From the NCBI GenBank assembly GCA_965228695.1, contig CBDDIB010000002.1, positions 1,369,089 through 1,433,088 on the forward strand: 64,000 bases of DNA. Reading direction: 5' to 3'. Shown here in pieces: positions 16,831 to 26,160 of the stretch. The position numbers were made by a program, and so were the translations under genes. Numbering within the stretch: the stretch's first letter is position 1; the number at the start of each line of letters is the position of its first letter. The DNA comes from Alphaproteobacteria bacterium (GTDB lineage: Bacteria; Pseudomonadota; Alphaproteobacteria; UBA8366). The notes beneath the pieces were generated by a model. That model saw only the letters and a program-made list of their open reading frames with translations, was not told the origin of the DNA and ran no database searches.

Positions 16831-18561
16831 ATGAATTCATTGGAAGTTTTCGATCCATCGGGCGCGACGGAGATCACGCGGTTGCACGCGACCCGGCTCG
16901 GCTCGCTGGAAGGCAAGACGGTCGCCATGCTGTCCGACGATATGTGGCAGGCGCATCGCATGATGCCGTTGCTGCGGGAAATGCTGGAAGAGCGTTTCGA
17001 CGACATCACGATCATCCCGGAAACCGAATTTCCGATGGGGAACACCGCGATCGATCGCGACGAGACCGCCGACATGTTCGTCGAACGCGGGGTCGACGCG
17101 GTCATTGTCGGAAACGCCTCCTGAGGCGCCTGCGCAACAGCATGCGGCCGTGCTGCCGCTAGAATCGAAAGCAGGGGCATCCCCACAGTACTACTCACCC
17201 GCGAGGATTTCGTCGGCGTTGTCCGCAACGCGCTCGCCGGTCTCGGATTCGATCAGGACGCGCCGATGGTGACCTTCCCGATCGACCCCTTTCTGGTCGG
17301 CAGTGATCTGACGCCGATCCGGGAGAATTTCGACGGATTTCTCGACGGACTGATGAAATGGGAAGCGCGCGCCAAGGAAACCGGTGTGCAGGACCCGCCG
17401 CGCATGCAGATCGAGGCGAACGGCTTCGAGGCGGCGCTCGATAAGATGAACCGCCAATTCCTCATGAACACATGGGGGGACGGTCTTCCCTTGACCGCGC
17501 CGACCGACGACCGCATCGACTGGATGCTCAAGGGAACCGATCTGCCGCGGGATCATGTGATCGGCAAGGTCATGCCGCGGGGCGGCATCGCGACCGTCGA
17601 GACCATTGCGGTATCGCTCGCCATGGCGGGCGGGCGGCCCGAATACCTGCCGGTCATGCTCGCGGCGGTCGAGGCGATCCTCGATCCCGGCATGGAGCAT
17701 GACAAGTTCCAGGCGACCTCGGGCAGTACTTTTCCGGTCGTCATCGTCAACGGCCCGATCGCCCAGCAAATACGCCTGAACTCGGGATTCGGGCTGCTCG
17801 GTCCGGACCCGCAGCATCCGGCCGGCGCCAGCATTGGCCGTGCATTGCGGTTGATATTGCAAAATGTGGGCGGTGCATTGCCGGGTGTCGGCACCATGGC
17901 GATGTTCGGCGGCATGCGGTACACGAACGCCGTATTCGCCGAGGATGAGGATGGCTTGCCCGAGGGTTGGTCGCCGGTCTGCACGGACCATCTCGGCCTG
18001 CCCGCGGGCAGCAATGCGGTCACTGTCTATGTGGCGACCGGCGCGTCGAACATCATGCGCCGTGGCGTCGGCAAGGAAGAACCGGACGAGGAAGCCGAGC
18101 AAAGCCTGCACCGTGTCGGTCAGTATTTGCGCAGTCCCAGCCCGCATTACACGCATGGCTGGGCGAAGGGATCGCCCGGTGCGTTGCTGATGTCGCGCGT
18201 CGTTGCGAAGCAGTTGTCCGGTCTCGGCTGGGATAAGGCCAAGATCAAGCAGTTCCTGTGGGGACGGTCCAGCACGCCGGCGGCGGAAATTCGCGAGAAC
18301 GGCATGAAGCAGTGGATCGAGGCCGCCGCCGATCCTGAAACGGTGGCGTCGTCCGAGCGGGACCCCTGGCCGATTTCCCGCACGCCGGAACAGATCATCC
18401 TCTGCGTTGCGGGCGGGCATCATCCGACGCATAATTTCTGGATGCAGGGAAACGCGCCCAAGGTCGCCGGCGGGGGAATCAAGCTGCCCGGCGGTTTTGA
18501 CGCGCTGCTTGCCGAAGCGGATGAGGATCTCGGATCGGGCGGCGAGTACTGCATGATCTAG
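16831..18561 (+). CDS. Candidate selenoprotein: UGSC-like N-terminal domain (S-U-G-A-C, UGA at 17122-17124) fused in frame to an uncharacterised ~400-aa domain
   Basis: - Track ORFs 16786..17124 and 17266..18561 share one frame.
- Codons 17125-17265 contain no stop and read GACATACGRAAARIESRGIPTVLLTREDFVGVVRNALAGLGFDQDAP.
- SD GAGGAG (16816-16821) precedes ATG 16831.
- Read-through gives 576 codons.
- If the UGA terminates instead, this is two genes (16831..17124 and 17266..18561). Confidence 0.6.
17129..17175 (+). promoter_or_regulatory. Candidate SECIS-like stem-loop downstream of UGA 17122
   Basis: Outer pairing: cctgc (17129-17133) with gcagg (17171-17175). Inner hairpin: cagca (17138-17142) with tgctg (17151-17155) and loop ugcggccg, starting 14 nt after the UGA. 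An alternative inner stem is gcggc (17144-17148) with gccgc (17155-17159). Paired by eye, not thermodynamically folded. Confidence 0.3.
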
Positions 18562-18591
18562 GCCCGGCCATCGGCGCCGAATTGCCAAAGG

Positions 18592-18626
18592 AAAAGCCGG
18601 CGGAAAAAGGTTCCGCCGGCTTTTTT
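18592..18626. terminator. Bidirectional intrinsic terminator between the convergent selenoprotein candidate and MCP genes
   Basis: A 12-bp stem: aaaagccggcgg (18592-18603) pairs with ccgccggctttt (18613-18624). The T-run continues to 18626, and the A-run on the 5' side serves the opposite strand. Confidence 0.7.
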
Positions 18627-18649
18627 GATGTTTGGCATTCGATGACGAA

Positions 18650-20722
18650 TTACGCCGCGCGCATTTGCGTCAGGAACCCGTCGACCTGGGTCTGCAGGGT
18701 GTCGGCCTGCTCGGAGAGATCGTTCGCGGAGGACAGCACCTGCTGCGCCGCGGTGCCGGTCTCCGACGCTGCTTGGGTAACGGTGGAAATCGTACCGCTG
18801 ACGGTTTGCGTGCCGATTGCCGCCTGCTGCGTGTTCTCGGCGATCTCCTGCGTCGCGCTCCCTTGCTCGGAAATGGCCGTCGCAATGGTATCGGTGATGG
18901 TGTTGATCTCGCCGATGGTGCTGCCGATCCCCTCGATCGCCGACACCGCGTCCGAAGTTACCGCCTGCATCTCGGAGATCTGGGAGCTGATATCCTCCGT
19001 CGCCTTTGCCGTTTGCGTCGCCAGGTTCTTCACTTCGGACGCGACGACGGCAAAGCCTTTGCCGGCTTCACCGGCGCGGGCTGCTTCGATAGTAGCGTTC
19101 AGGGCCAGCAAGTTGGTCTGTTCCGCGATGTCGCTGATCAACTCGACGATCTCGCCGATCTTCTGCGCGGCGGACGCCAGGCTTTGCACCGTCTCGTTCG
19201 TGCGCTGCGCATCTTTGTTCGCCTTACCGGCGATTTCAGCCGATTGAGTGACCTGCCGATTGATCTCATTGACCGACGCCGATAGTTCCTCTGCGGCGGA
19301 TGCAACCGTCTGGACATTCGTGGACGCCTCCTCGGATGCCGCCGCCACCGTCGTCGTCTGCTGACTGGCATCGTCGGCCGTTTTAGACATCGATTGCGCC
19401 GTCGACGTCAATTGAGCCGAGGAAGAGGAAACGGTCTTGACAATCGCGCTCACGCGGCTTTCGAAATCGTCGGCCATCGCGTTCATCGCGGCTTTCTTTT
19501 CCGCCGCGACGCGCTCTTCTTGCGCGGCCTTCTCCGATTCCATCTTCTGCACTTCGATAGCGTTTTGCTTGAAGACCGCGATCGATTGAGCCATGCCGCC
19601 GATCTCGTCGCCGCGGTTCAGCCCCGGAATTTCGACCTCGAGATTGCCCTTCGCCAGGTGATCCATGACATCGACGCTATCGTTGATCGGGCCCGTGATG
19701 CCCCAGATGATGACGAGCGAGCCGATGACTGTAATCGAAAGCAGTGCGATGGTCGTGGTCAGGATGAGGAAAAACTGGCTCGACGACGCATCTTCGAGAT
19801 TTTTCAACCGTGTCGTGAAGTCCGACGCGAGGCGATCCTCCACTGATTTCATGAGGTTGATCTTCTCGGTGATCTTTTGAAACCAGATGCCCGCGTCGAC
19901 ATCGCCGGTACTTCCCGACGTAACGCTTTCGATGGCGATCTTCCGCATGCGATTGACGTCATCCACGGCCGCACCGCGGACGGTACTCTGATAGAAAGCC
20001 ACCTGATCGGGTGTCGCGTTCGATTTGAAGGCGTTGAAAAACACGTCCTGCATTGCGATGAGCTGAATGAATTTCTGGTGGACGGCCGGGGCGAAACGTT
20101 GCGCGCCGAAGCCCGCCGCACCCATGGCGCGCTCGATGCCGATCCGTTCCTTTGCCTCCAAGAACGCGGTGTACCCGACGACGGCATTCGCCACCTCGCC
20201 GGTTGTCGCATGTTTGCTCATGTTGTCGACGATTTTCAGCAGCTTCCCGATGGTTGGCGTGTAGTACTGCGCCATTTGCGCGACCGTGGCGGTTTGACCG
20301 GATACGCTGCTGCGCACCGGCGCGAGTTGCGTCAGCGCCGATGTCGCTTTTTGAATGATGGCGACGATGTCGCTGCCATAAGCTTCGGCATCGAATGATT
20401 TGAGCGCCGCCTTGAACTGCGTGTGACGGCTGTCCGTCTGCGCCTGCTGCTTCGGTAGTTCCGCCCGAAACTTGACGCCTTTGCTGGCGATGAACCCGGC
20501 CGACATGCCGCGTTCCTTCTGTAATTCGTGGACGAGAGCGCTAATCTTCGGCGCTACCACGCCAAGTTCGAGCAGCGCGTGCGTCTCTTTCTGTTCCTGC
20601 CATGTGCTGTAGGTCAGCATCGTGGAGAACAACAGAGCGCCGAGAAAGGGCAGCGCTAATAGTAAGTTGATTCGGCTAGAAATCTTCCAGCCGGATAGGA
20701 TGGATTTGGACCAGGCTTTCAT
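18650..20722 (-). CDS. Methyl-accepting chemotaxis protein with periplasmic NIT (nitrate/nitrite-sensing type) domain and HAMP
   Basis: Start at ATG 20722 (MKAWSKS..., GAGGGGA upstream). NIT signature [23 protein letters not shown] between two TM helices. MCP signalling hairpin [40 protein letters not shown]. Confidence 0.9.
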   Translation of the reverse strand: MKAWSKSILSGWKISSRINLLLALPFLGALLFSTMLTYSTWQEQKETHALLELGVVAPKISALVHELQKERGMSAGFIASKGVKFRAELPKQQAQTDSRHTQFKAALKSFDAEAYGSDIVAIIQKATSALTQLAPVRSSVSGQTATVAQMAQYYTPTIGKLLKIVDNMSKHATTGEVANAVVGYTAFLEAKERIGIERAMGAAGFGAQRFAPAVHQKFIQLIAMQDVFFNAFKSNATPDQVAFYQSTVRGAAVDDVNRMRKIAIESVTSGSTGDVDAGIWFQKITEKINLMKSVEDRLASDFTTRLKNLEDASSSQFFLILTTTIALLSITVIGSLVIIWGITGPINDSVDVMDHLAKGNLEVEIPGLNRGDEIGGMAQSIAVFKQNAIEVQKMESEKAAQEERVAAEKKAAMNAMADDFESRVSAIVKTVSSSSAQLTSTAQSMSKTADDASQQTTTVAAASEEASTNVQTVASAAEELSASVNEINRQVTQSAEIAGKANKDAQRTNETVQSLASAAQKIGEIVELISDIAEQTNLLALNATIEAARAGEAGKGFAVVASEVKNLATQTAKATEDISSQISEMQAVTSDAVSAIEGIGSTIGEINTITDTIATAISEQGSATQEIAENTQQAAIGTQTVSGTISTVTQAASETGTAAQQVLSSANDLSEQADTLQTQVDGFLTQMRAA

Positions 20723-20879
20723 CGATTTGTCCCCTCGAAAACTTTCAAAATCAAACGTCGTCTGTCGCGTAAATTGCGCCGCGAAGAGTTCCGTTCCTAA
20801 AAATTGACCGCGCCGGCGACCGGCGATGCCTTCGGTCAATCGATTGTCTTGCTATAGCGGCATCCGACTGCCGCGTACC

Positions 20880-21050
20880 CAAGATTGAATTGAATTTATC
20901 TAGAAAGAATTAAAACTGATGAAAAATTGCGCATAATGCCCAAAAAATAGGCGTGCAACGTGATTTTATTCACAACTAATTATAGAATAACATCTAAAAT
21001 ATTTGTGTTATGAGGGTGTTTTGGGTTGTATAGACTGGCGGATTTATTTT
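20880..21050. promoter_or_regulatory. Strongly AT-rich island in the 5' region of the MCP gene
   Basis: G+C is 16/60 in each of 20881-20940 and 20941-21000, against about 39/60 in typical coding lines. It lies between the zinc-peptidase stop (21052) and the MCP start (20722). Confidence 0.4.
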
Positions 21051-21051
21051 G

Positions 21052-21747
21052 TCAGCGGATCAATGCGCGCAGCCAGGTCGTCACGTTCAACAAGCTGCTA
21101 AGGGCCGCCGCAACATAGGTGAAGGCGCATGCCTTTAAAATCCGGTTTGCCTCGGGCATGTCTTCCCGGGGCAGATAGCCGCCTCCTTCGAGGATCGGCA
21201 GAGCCTTGTTGAAGCTGGCGTCCCACTCCACCGGCAGGGTGGAAAGATGCACGACGGTTTTGATCGCGGTCGACAGAAATCCGGCGAGGAAGACCAGCAA
21301 GGCGAGGGCCGGAATCCCGGTCATCAGACCGGCGAGCGGACTCAACACCATGGCGCCGATCCCAATCCGGTCGGTCACGGCGGTCAATCGCACCAGGCTG
21401 TTTCGCCGCCGGAGCTTCGGGTCGTTGTCCCGGTCCTGAATTGCGTGTCCAACTTCATGCGCTGCGGTGACCACCGCGGTCAGGCTCCGGCCATGCATGT
21501 TCGCCGGGCCGAGCCGAACGGCCTTGTCGTTCGGGTCGTAATGGTCTTTTCCCTCTTCCGTCTCCTCGACGCGAACTTGCGACAGGTTCAGTTGATCCAG
21601 CAAATGCGCCGCCAATTCACCGCCGGTGCCCGGAAAATCGGTGCGCTCCTGGCCGTTCCGGCGCAAAACACGCTTGGTCCAAATTGCCGGACCGAAGATA
21701 AGCGCCAGAACACCGCAAATCAGAAGGACAGCGAGGATGATTGGCAT
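21052..21747 (-). CDS. Membrane zinc metallopeptidase (YugP-like putative neutral zinc metallopeptidase)
   Basis: 231 aa. N-terminal TM helix, the zinc motif AAHEVGHAIQD (HExxH), and C-terminal TM helices. Confidence 0.8.
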   Translation of the reverse strand: MPIILAVLLICGVLALIFGPAIWTKRVLRRNGQERTDFPGTGGELAAHLLDQLNLSQVRVEETEEGKDHYDPNDKAVRLGPANMHGRSLTAVVTAAHEVGHAIQDRDNDPKLRRRNSLVRLTAVTDRIGIGAMVLSPLAGLMTGIPALALLVFLAGFLSTAIKTVVHLSTLPVEWDASFNKALPILEGGGYLPREDMPEANRILKACAFTYVAAALSSLLNVTTWLRALIR

Positions 21748-21848
21748 GGTTTCACCAGTCTTCGGGTGGCGGTTTTGAGTCCCGAACCGTACAAACTATG
21801 TGGGGCCGTCCCGCCGAATTTCTACGCAGCCTTGTCGGTTCCGACTGC

Positions 21849-23090
21849 CTAGGCCGTGCTCTCCGTCGCCGGCGCCACTGGCTCGCGGCGATGCGAGCCC
21901 GCCGAGGCCAAAGCGCGGCGGGCGGCGATGAAGAATAGGGCGAGGACACAGGCAGGGCCGATCTGAACGTTGATCGATTCGGCGATGCCGGTGCTGACCA
22001 GCGGCATGACCCACGCGATAACCAGCACCGGACGTTCGCCGGCCATCCAGCCGCGCAGATAGCCATCCATCGCGATCAGGGCGATCGGGATCGCCATCAA
22101 TGCAAAGTCGTAATCGAAGAGATATGGCGTTGCCGCCAACGTTCCCGCCACCAAGGTCGCGGCGCGCAACGGCAGCGGCGGACGCCGCCACCAGACGAGA
22201 GCCACGGTCGCCGCGATACAGGCGGCAAGGACGATTTGCGCCGCGTATGCGACGATGAGATCGGCCCCGGCCAGACGAAGCGCGGCGAACATACTCGGGA
22301 TTTTGGCCCACCGCACCAACCCGTCCTCGAAGACGGAGCGCGCCAACGGCGCGTTGTCCCAAAAGGCGATCCAGGTTTCGACGCCGAAAGCCGCGACGCT
22401 GAGGGCGGCGAACGCGATGGCCGTTCCGGCGGCCCAGAAGAAACTCGTCCAATACCGGCCGCACAACAGGGCGAGCGGCAGCAGCAGGCCGAAATGCGGT
22501 TTGTAGCTGAGCAGGCCGATGAGGATTCCGGCCACGATCGGCCGGCGATCCAGGACGAGCATCGCCCCGCCGAACAACGCCGCGGTCAGGAAGCCGTTCT
22601 GGCCATGGAAGAAGTTCATGAACGTTCCGGGAAAGGCGCTCAGCAATAACAGCGTCTGCGGTTGCGGCGCCATCTTGCGAATGACCCAGGCATAGCCGGC
22701 GAAGGTGCCGCAGGTCCAGATCAGGTAGGACCAGATATACGGGATCAGCGACAGCGGCAGCACCATAGCCAGGAAGGTCGGCGGATAGTGCCACAGGTAC
22801 ACTTTATCGCTGCCCGGGACCGCGACCTTTTCCGCCGCGAACATCTTCGTCGCGTCGAATACGTCGACGGCGTTCCCCTGCAAGGCGAGCCAAGAGGCGC
22901 CCCAGAAGGTGATGAAATCGTAGCCGATCGGTTTTTGGCGCGGATCGATCAGGTCGGTCACCTGGCTCATCCACGCGATCGCGGCGACGATGTAGACGGT
23001 CAGAAAGATAAGGGGGTAGGCTGAGAGCCGCTGCGCGGTGAAAACTCGGCTCGCCATCGATCCGGAATCCGGTGTGAATTGCAGGGACAT
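21849..23090 (-). CDS. Polytopic membrane glycosyltransferase (GT87 / DUF2029-like)
   Basis: 413 aa with at least 9 hydrophobic helices. The N-terminal loop motif IGYDFITFWGASWLAL is typical of DUF2029/GT-C-type mannosyltransferases. Family assignment is from memory. Confidence 0.65.
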   Translation of the reverse strand: MSLQFTPDSGSMASRVFTAQRLSAYPLIFLTVYIVAAIAWMSQVTDLIDPRQKPIGYDFITFWGASWLALQGNAVDVFDATKMFAAEKVAVPGSDKVYLWHYPPTFLAMVLPLSLIPYIWSYLIWTCGTFAGYAWVIRKMAPQPQTLLLLSAFPGTFMNFFHGQNGFLTAALFGGAMLVLDRRPIVAGILIGLLSYKPHFGLLLPLALLCGRYWTSFFWAAGTAIAFAALSVAAFGVETWIAFWDNAPLARSVFEDGLVRWAKIPSMFAALRLAGADLIVAYAAQIVLAACIAATVALVWWRRPPLPLRAATLVAGTLAATPYLFDYDFALMAIPIALIAMDGYLRGWMAGERPVLVIAWVMPLVSTGIAESINVQIGPACVLALFFIAARRALASAGSHRREPVAPATESTA

Positions 23091-23306
23091 GGGTATCTTT
23101 AATAGGCCGGCCGAATCGTTCGGCTTTCCCGGAGACGGTACGGCGGAATGCTTTGGAAATGGTTAATTGTTGCTGTGGAACAAAGGGTTCCGCAACATGG
23201 GCGAGGAGCAAATTCCTGTAGCGGGCGGTTTTGTCCCTGGAATGCGGCGTAAGCGGGGCGCGTCCGGCGGTGGTTACTGCCGCCGCCGGGTTTTGCGCTC
23301 AAACGC

Positions 23307-25403
23307 CTATACGTCCGAAAAGGCCTTGCCGGATTTCGCGAGATCGGCGATCAGGTTAGACGGTTTCCAATGGCCGCCGTATTTCTCGTGCCACTCGCAG
23401 AGCGTCTCGTAAACTTTGGGTACGCCGAGCGTGTTGTCGGCCCAGAACATCAAGCCGCCGCGATACCGCGGAAACCCGAAACCGTTAAGCCACATCACAT
23501 CGACGTCGCTGGACCGGTAGGCGATGCCTTCCTCGAGGATCTTGGCCGCTTCGTTGACCGAGGACAGCAGCAGGCGGTTCAGCACTTCCTCGTCGCTGAT
23601 CTCTCGGCGCTCCACGCCCATCTGCCGCGACACGGCCTCGATGATGTCCTTCACCTTCGGGTCGGGATAGGGCGTGCGGTCGCCTTCCTTGTAGAGAAAG
23701 TATCCGGCGCCGGTCTTCTGACCCAGGCGGCCGTCCTCGACCAGTGCGTCGGAGATTGGGTCCGGTTTGTAATTCTCCGGGTCTTCCTTGGCGCGCCGTT
23801 GCCGGGTCGCGTAGCTGATGTCGAGGCCGGCGAGATCGCCGACCGCGAACGGCCCCATGGGATAGCCAAACTCATACATCACCTTGTCGACCTGCTCCGG
23901 CAGCGCGCCCTCTTCCAGCAAGGCCATCATCTCGATCTTGAAGGGGATGCGGGTGCGGTTGGCGAGGAAGCCGTCGCAGTTACCGCAAACGCCAACCACC
24001 TTGTTGAGCGCGCGGCCCAGCTTGATCGAACTCGCGATGGTTTCGGCGGATGTCTTCTCGCCGCGCACGACTTCAAGCAATTTCATGACATTCGCCGGGC
24101 TGAAGAAATGCGTGCCGATCACGTCGCCGGGACGCTTGGTCATCGCCGCCATGGCGTCGATGTCGAGGGTCGAGGTGTTGCTGGCAAGGATCGCACCGTC
24201 CTTCATCGTCTCGTCGAGCTTGGCGAAGATCTCCTTCTTGATGTCGAGATTCTCGAACACCGCTTCGATGACGATATCGGCGTCGCCGATCTTGTCGTAT
24301 TCGAGGACCGGCTCGATCAGCGCCATCCGCTCGGGTACCGCCGCCGCGTCGAGGCTGCCGCGCTTCACGCTGACCTCGTAGTTCGACTTGATCTTGGCGA
24401 TGCCCTTGTCGAGCGCTTCCTGGTCCTTCTCCAGCAGCTTCACCGGAATGCCGACATTGGCGAAGCACATGGCGATACCGCCGCCCATCGTCCCCGCGCC
24501 GATTACCGCGGCGCTTTCGATCTTCGTGACCGGCGTGTCGCGCGGCACGTCGGGAATCTTGGTCGCCTCGCGCTCGGCGAAGAAAGCGTATTTCAGCGCC
24601 TTGGTCTCGTCGCCCTCGCGGATTTCGTCGAACAGTTCGCGCTCGCGCGCCAAACCTTCGCGCAACGGCATCGAACAGGCCGCCTCGACGCATTTGATGC
24701 AGTGATACGGGGCCACTTGGTTACGCGCCTTGCGGGCGATCTTCTTGCGCATCGCCTCGAAAATGCCGGGATCGTCTTTCGCCTCCTGTAGTTTCTCGTC
24801 GCGTTCGCCGACCCGGGGCAGGGGGCGAATGTCGGCGATCTTTTCCGCATAGGCGATCGCCGCATTCAGCAGGTCCCCTTCCGGCGCCAACTCGTCGATG
24901 ATACCGAGATCCTTAGCCTCCGGCGCTGGGACATGCCGGCCGGTGACGATCAGGTCGAGCGCCTTCTTCGGGCCGACCAGCCGGGGCAGCCGCTGGGTCC
25001 CGCCGCCGCCCGGCAGGATACCAATCAGGACTTCGGGCAGGCCGACCTTGGCGCTCGGCACCGCAATGCGGTAATGGGCGCACATCGCGGATTCGAGTCC
25101 GCCGCCGAGGGCGAAACCATGGATCGCCGCGACGACGGGTTTGTCCATCATCTCCATCTCGTCGCGCCATTTCATGGCGATCGGGCTTTTCTTCGCACCC
25201 ACATGCTTGATGTCGGCGCCGGCGATGAAACTGCGGCCGCCGCCGATCAGGACCATTGCCGTGACGTCGTCGTCCTTCATGCCCTGCTGCAGCGATTCGT
25301 AGATCCCTTCCGGGACGCCCGGACTCAATGCGTTGACCGGCGGATTGTTGATCGTGATGACGCCAATGGCGCCATGCTTTTCATAGTCTACGAGGTCAGA
25401 CAT
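23307..25403 (-). CDS. Bifunctional enoyl-CoA hydratase / 3-hydroxyacyl-CoA dehydrogenase (FadB/FadJ type)
   Basis: 698 aa. N-terminal crotonase fold ([25 protein letters not shown]). Central NAD-binding [18 protein letters not shown]-terminal domains. Confidence 0.9.
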   Translation of the reverse strand: MSDLVDYEKHGAIGVITINNPPVNALSPGVPEGIYESLQQGMKDDDVTAMVLIGGGRSFIAGADIKHVGAKKSPIAMKWRDEMEMMDKPVVAAIHGFALGGGLESAMCAHYRIAVPSAKVGLPEVLIGILPGGGGTQRLPRLVGPKKALDLIVTGRHVPAPEAKDLGIIDELAPEGDLLNAAIAYAEKIADIRPLPRVGERDEKLQEAKDDPGIFEAMRKKIARKARNQVAPYHCIKCVEAACSMPLREGLARERELFDEIREGDETKALKYAFFAEREATKIPDVPRDTPVTKIESAAVIGAGTMGGGIAMCFANVGIPVKLLEKDQEALDKGIAKIKSNYEVSVKRGSLDAAAVPERMALIEPVLEYDKIGDADIVIEAVFENLDIKKEIFAKLDETMKDGAILASNTSTLDIDAMAAMTKRPGDVIGTHFFSPANVMKLLEVVRGEKTSAETIASSIKLGRALNKVVGVCGNCDGFLANRTRIPFKIEMMALLEEGALPEQVDKVMYEFGYPMGPFAVGDLAGLDISYATRQRRAKEDPENYKPDPISDALVEDGRLGQKTGAGYFLYKEGDRTPYPDPKVKDIIEAVSRQMGVERREISDEEVLNRLLLSSVNEAAKILEEGIAYRSSDVDVMWLNGFGFPRYRGGLMFWADNTLGVPKVYETLCEWHEKYGGHWKPSNLIADLAKSGKAFSDV

Positions 25404-25533
25404 GGGTGCTTCCTTTTGAATAGAGACGTCGGGCGCACGGTCGGCCGGGACGGGCCGGTGCGTTGCGGCGCTTATCCGCGCCGTTCGCCGATTTTATACA
25501 TCACAATCGAAACCGTGTCGCCGGTGGGCGGGG

Positions 25534-26160
25534 TTAATCGGCGCGCACATCGGCGAGAAACGGCACCTTCTCCCGGTAAGCGTCGCGGAAGGTATCGATC
25601 TCCGTTTGATGTTCTTGGGTCCGGCCGACGTCGTCCAGACCGTTTAGCAGGCATCGTTTCGGTACGGCCGCGATCTCGAACGAATAGGCGGTGCCGTCCG
25701 GACCGGTCACGGTCTGGGCTTCCAGGTCGATGCCGATGCGTGCGCCCTGTTCCGCATGGATCTGCCGGCGCAGCTTCACGCAAATGTCGTTGTCGAGGAC
25801 GACGGGCAGCAAACCGTTCTTGAGACAGTTGTTACGGTGAATGTCGCCGAAGCTCGACGCGATGACCGCTTTGATGCCGAAGGCCGCCAGCGCGTAGACG
25901 GCGGATTCGCGGGAGGACCCGCCGCCCCAATTGCGGTCGGCGACGATGATCTCGGCTTCCCGGTAGGGCGGCCGGTTGAGGATGAAATCCGGCTTCTCGC
26001 TGCCGTCCGGGTTGAAGCGATGATCGTGGAACAGGATTTTCGGATAGTCGGGATCGCCGATCGGCACCTTGTTGAACCGGGTCGGGCAGAGCTGGTTGGT
26101 GTCGATATTCGCCAGGTCGAAGGGGACCGCGATGCCGTTCAGTTTCTTGATGGGTTTCAT
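25534..26160 (-). CDS. leuD: 3-isopropylmalate dehydratase-type small subunit (LeuD family)
   Basis: 208 aa. LeuD swivel-domain motifs (IVADRNWGGGSSRESAVYAL, SFGDIHRNNCLKNGLLPV). ATGA overlap with the large subunit at 26157-26160. Confidence 0.8.
   Translation of the reverse strand: MKPIKKLNGIAVPFDLANIDTNQLCPTRFNKVPIGDPDYPKILFHDHRFNPDGSEKPDFILNRPPYREAEIIVADRNWGGGSSRESAVYALAAFGIKAVIASSFGDIHRNNCLKNGLLPVVLDNDICVKLRRQIHAEQGARIGIDLEAQTVTGPDGTAYSFEIAAVPKRCLLNGLDDVGRTQEHQTEIDTFRDAYREKVPFLADVRAD

Noticed and set aside
16271-16858. 195-aa minus-strand ORF covering the lower-GC patch
   Set aside because: It overlaps both the 94-aa plus-strand ORF (which has an SD and protein-like repeats) and the SD-preceded start of the selenoprotein candidate. 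Its translation has no features. Moderately uncertain.
17122-17124. UGA reassigned to Trp or Gly (an alternative genetic code) as the explanation for both in-frame TGAs (also 55093-55095)
   Set aside because: TGA terminates many well-supported genes at their expected ends in this window (for example 2486-2488, 10639-10641 and 26157-26159 on the minus strand). In the DUF427 case the aligned residue is expected to be Cys, not Trp.
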